This document shows positions 61,304 through 64,000 of a stretch of DNA of 64,000 nucleotides, piece after piece. The translations under genes and the position numbers were made by a program. The stretch is from Thermodesulfobacteriota bacterium. GTDB taxonomy: Bacteria > Desulfobacterota_D > UBA1144 > Nemesobacterales > JAJCZQ01. The notes under the pieces were generated by a model. It had not been told where the DNA came from. It was given only the letters and a program-made list of their open reading frames with translations, and did no database searches. The number at the start of each line of letters is the position of its first letter. The stretch's first letter is position 1. Location: contig OZ244044.1 in the NCBI GenBank assembly GCA_965215275.1, positions 96,001-160,000 of the forward strand, in the 5' to 3' direction.

Positions 61304-62602
61304 TTAGCTCTTCTTCCTTTTTGAGATCGGTGAGTATTTCCTTGCTTTATAACCCGTGTAAACCTGGCGTGGTCTTGCGATTCTTCTTTCTGGGTCTTCC
61401 AGCATCTCTTTCCACTGTGCAAGCCATCCCGGTGTTCTTCCAATTGCAAAAAGTACTGTGAACATGCTCGTTGGCAGTCCCATGCTTTGATATATCAGAC
61501 CGGAATAGAAGTCCACGTTCGGATATAAACGACGTTTTACAAAATAATCGTCTTCAAGGGCTATTCTTTCAAGTTCCAGTGCAATATCAAGAAGAGGGTT
61601 CTTACCTGTTTCCTCGAACACGTCATGTGCTGCGTCCTTTATGATCTTGGCTCTGGGATCATATGCTTTATAGACCCTGTGACCAAATCCCATAAGCCTG
61701 AATTCACCCCGCTTTGCCCTTTCGATATAATCAGGGATGTTCTTCTTGGACCCTATTTCTCGAAGCATCTTTAAAACGGCTTCATTTGCACCGCCGTGCA
61801 GCGGACCGTACAATGCCCCTATAGCGGATGCCGTTGCAGTATAAGGATCAGGTTCTGAGCTTCCCACGTTCCTCATGGCGCTCGCACTGCAGTTTTGCTC
61901 ATGATCGGCGTGAAGTATGAACAGAACATCAATGGCTTTCTCGATAGCTTTATTGGGTTTGTATTTTAGTTCGGCCATTTTAAACATCATGTTCAGAAAA
62001 TTCCCTGTATAGCTGAGGTCGTTGTCAGGATATATATAAGGAAGTCCCATGATATGTCTGTAGGAAAATGCCGCAATGGTCGGTACTTTTGCTATAAGAC
62101 GGTTTATCTGAAGTTCATTGTTCTCGTTATCAAAGATCTCCTTGGCTTCAGGATAGAAGGTCGACAGTGCAGCGACCGTACCCATGAGCATTCCCATTGG
62201 ATGTGCGTCATATCTGAAACTGTCAACCAGCTTTTTAATGTTCTCATGAATATAGGTATGATGGGTTATGTTGTGTTCAAAGTCCCTGAGCTGCTTCCGG
62301 TTCGGCAGTTCTCCATTAAGCAGTAAATATGAAACTTCAAGAAAAGAACTTTTTTTAGCAAGTTCTTCGATCGGGTAACCCCTGTAGCGTAAAATACCTT
62401 TTTCACCATCAATGAAGGTAACTTTACTTTTGCATGATGCAGTGTTGCCAAAGGCAGGGTCGTAACTCATCATTCCAAAGTCAGTATCTTTTACCTTGAT
62501 CTGCCTGAGGTCGGTTGCCCTGATGGTATCGTTCTCAACGGGAACCTCATAAACCTTCCCCGTTCTGTTGTCCGTTATCGTCAGTGTACTTTTCTTTGCC
62601 AT
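61304..62602 (-). CDS. gltA: Citrate synthase
   Basis: YRGYPIE, LHADHEQN, GPLHGGANE, GFGHRVYK, YPNVDFYSG. Confidence 0.96.
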   Translation of the reverse strand: MAKKSTLTITDNRTGKVYEVPVENDTIRATDLRQIKVKDTDFGMMSYDPAFGNTASCKSKVTFIDGEKGILRYRGYPIEELAKKSSFLEVSYLLLNGELPNRKQLRDFEHNITHHTYIHENIKKLVDSFRYDAHPMGMLMGTVAALSTFYPEAKEIFDNENNELQINRLIAKVPTIAAFSYRHIMGLPYIYPDNDLSYTGNFLNMMFKMAELKYKPNKAIEKAIDVLFILHADHEQNCSASAMRNVGSSEPDPYTATASAIGALYGPLHGGANEAVLKMLREIGSKKNIPDYIERAKRGEFRLMGFGHRVYKAYDPRAKIIKDAAHDVFEETGKNPLLDIALELERIALEDDYFVKRRLYPNVDFYSGLIYQSMGLPTSMFTVLFAIGRTPGWLAQWKEMLEDPERRIARPRQVYTGYKARKYSPISKRKKS

Positions 62603-63008
62603 AAAAATCCTCCTTAAAACCGTTATGGATTATAGTATTAGCAGTGCTAAGACCTAATTATTTAATTTGAGTATAATACTTTATAGGATCTGATGAGATA
62701 TTGCAATAATCCATGACAATTATTGCTAATGATCTTTTCTGTCCAGATGCTTTCACTCTGTAAGTCATTATATCTGATCGCTGCTGAAAATCAACTTGCT
62801 GTAAACCTGATGAAGGGTTTTTTAACTGATAAAGAGAGGTCAGACGGTCAGCAGGCTCTTACTGTATTATAATAACCCGTTCGTTTTTAAACGAAGCGTT
62901 GACAGTTCAGGCTGACGGTGACCGGTAAGATAGATATACAGCAGGAAGCGGTTATTATTGGTTATGATTTTAATTCTGCCAGTAATCAAGACGGGTCTGT
63001 AGCTGTTT

Positions 63009-64000
63009 ATGAAAGATTATCTGATAAAAAGGTTTTTCCTGCTTGTTCCGACGGTCCTTGGAATAACTATCATAACGTTTTTTATCATCCAGCTTGCTCC
63101 TGGTAATCCGATCCAGCAGAAACTGGGAATTAACGAGAGCGTAAGAGCTGAGTCCATCACAAAGGACATAATAGAACAGACGAAGAAGTTATACGGTCTG
63201 GATAAACCGGTCCATGAAAGATACGTTATATGGTTAAAGCAGATCGTAACGCTGGATTTCGGGAATTCGTACAAGGACCACAGGCCCGTTATTGATAAGA
63301 TCGCGGAAAGGCTGCCCGTTACCCTTGCGTTGAATTTTATCTCGATATTCCTTATATACGTTATCTCAATACCTTTGGGCGTTTATTCTGCAGTCAAGCA
63401 GCGAACGACCACAGAAAGACTGCTTACGTTCTTTCTGTTCATAATGTATTCAACCCCCAGCTTCTGGATGGCGATGATATTGATATTTTTTCTCGGGGGT
63501 GGGGACTTCTGGGACGTTTTTCCCGTTTACGGTATTTTTTCGCAGGGGTATGAAAATTACAGTCTTGTGGGTAAATCGCTGGATTTTCTATGGCATATCA
63601 CGCTCCCCGTGTTCTGTCTGACCTACGCGGGTTTGGCGTCCCTTTCGAGATTTCAGAAGGGAAGTCTGCTCGAAGTGCTGAGAGAGGACTATATAAGGAC
63701 CGCCAGAAGCAAGGGGCTTGACGAGAGAAGGGTTCTTTTCAAGCATGCCCTGAGAAATTCCCTGATACCGATCATTACCATCATGGGAACGATACTCCCT
63801 GCACTTATTGGCGGCAGTGTTATTATCGAAACGATATTCTCCATTCCCGGTATCGGCAGATTAGGATTTGAAGCCATATTATCTCGTGACTATCCGCTTA
63901 TTATGGCCATTGCCACAATATCGGCTTTTCTGACCTTAATAGGGATACTGATCTCTGATATAGCGTACGTGCTTACTGACCCGAGAATAAGTTTTGATTG
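63009..64000 (+). CDS. Peptide ABC transporter permease (OppB/DppB family); stop lies at the window edge
   Basis: Manual translation MKDYLIKRFFLLVPTVLGITIITF...LAPGNP...DYIRTARSKGL...KHALRNSLIP...DPRISFD. Confidence 0.9.
   Translation, partial: MKDYLIKRFFLLVPTVLGITIITFFIIQLAPGNPIQQKLGINESVRAESITKDIIEQTKKLYGLDKPVHERYVIWLKQIVTLDFGNSYKDHRPVIDKIAERLPVTLALNFISIFLIYVISIPLGVYSAVKQRTTTERLLTFFLFIMYSTPSFWMAMILIFFLGGGDFWDVFPVYGIFSQGYENYSLVGKSLDFLWHITLPVFCLTYAGLASLSRFQKGSLLEVLREDYIRTARSKGLDERRVLFKHALRNSLIPIITIMGTILPALIGGSVIIETIFSIPGIGRLGFEAILSRDYPLIMAIATISAFLTLIGILISDIAYVLTDPRISFD

Noticed and set aside
560..63877. Many short ORFs antisense to or overlapping housekeeping genes in the ORF track
   Set aside because: Shadow ORFs with no recognisable motifs, overlapping well-supported genes.

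Overview
Bacterial chromosomal window made mostly of housekeeping genes: rsmE, cobA-hemD, uvrB, the rimP-nusA-infB-rbfA-DHH-truB-rpsO-pnp-miaA operon, otsAB, PBP1A, malic enzyme, gmk, rel/spoT, lepB, pyrRBC, apgM, amidase-polX-ligA, ptsP, FprA-like reductase, gltA and tRNA-Leu(GAG). Gene content looks Deltaproteobacteria/Dadabacteria-like and possibly host-associated; this is inference only. The most striking accessory feature is a 1.3 kb element (59905-61223) whose only cargo is an intact-looking TnpB with a structured omega-RNA-like 3' region. It is bounded by 25-bp terminal inverted repeats and an 8-bp target-site duplication, i.e. DDE/IS1595-like ends rather than IS200/IS605 or IS607 ends. 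Other accessory features: an AT-rich decayed myovirus-like fragment (tail-tube-like ORF and gp46/SbcC pseudogene) after ligA; a poly-C-interrupted, catalytically dead S8/Ig-repeat surface protein next to the tRNA; a 9 x 24-bp palindromic tandem array before an AAA+/DUF4143 gene; a partial arsenosugar (arsS) cluster; a non-canonical PolX; and a solo defence-type ABC ATPase. All protein calls come from motif recognition by eye; no database searches were run.
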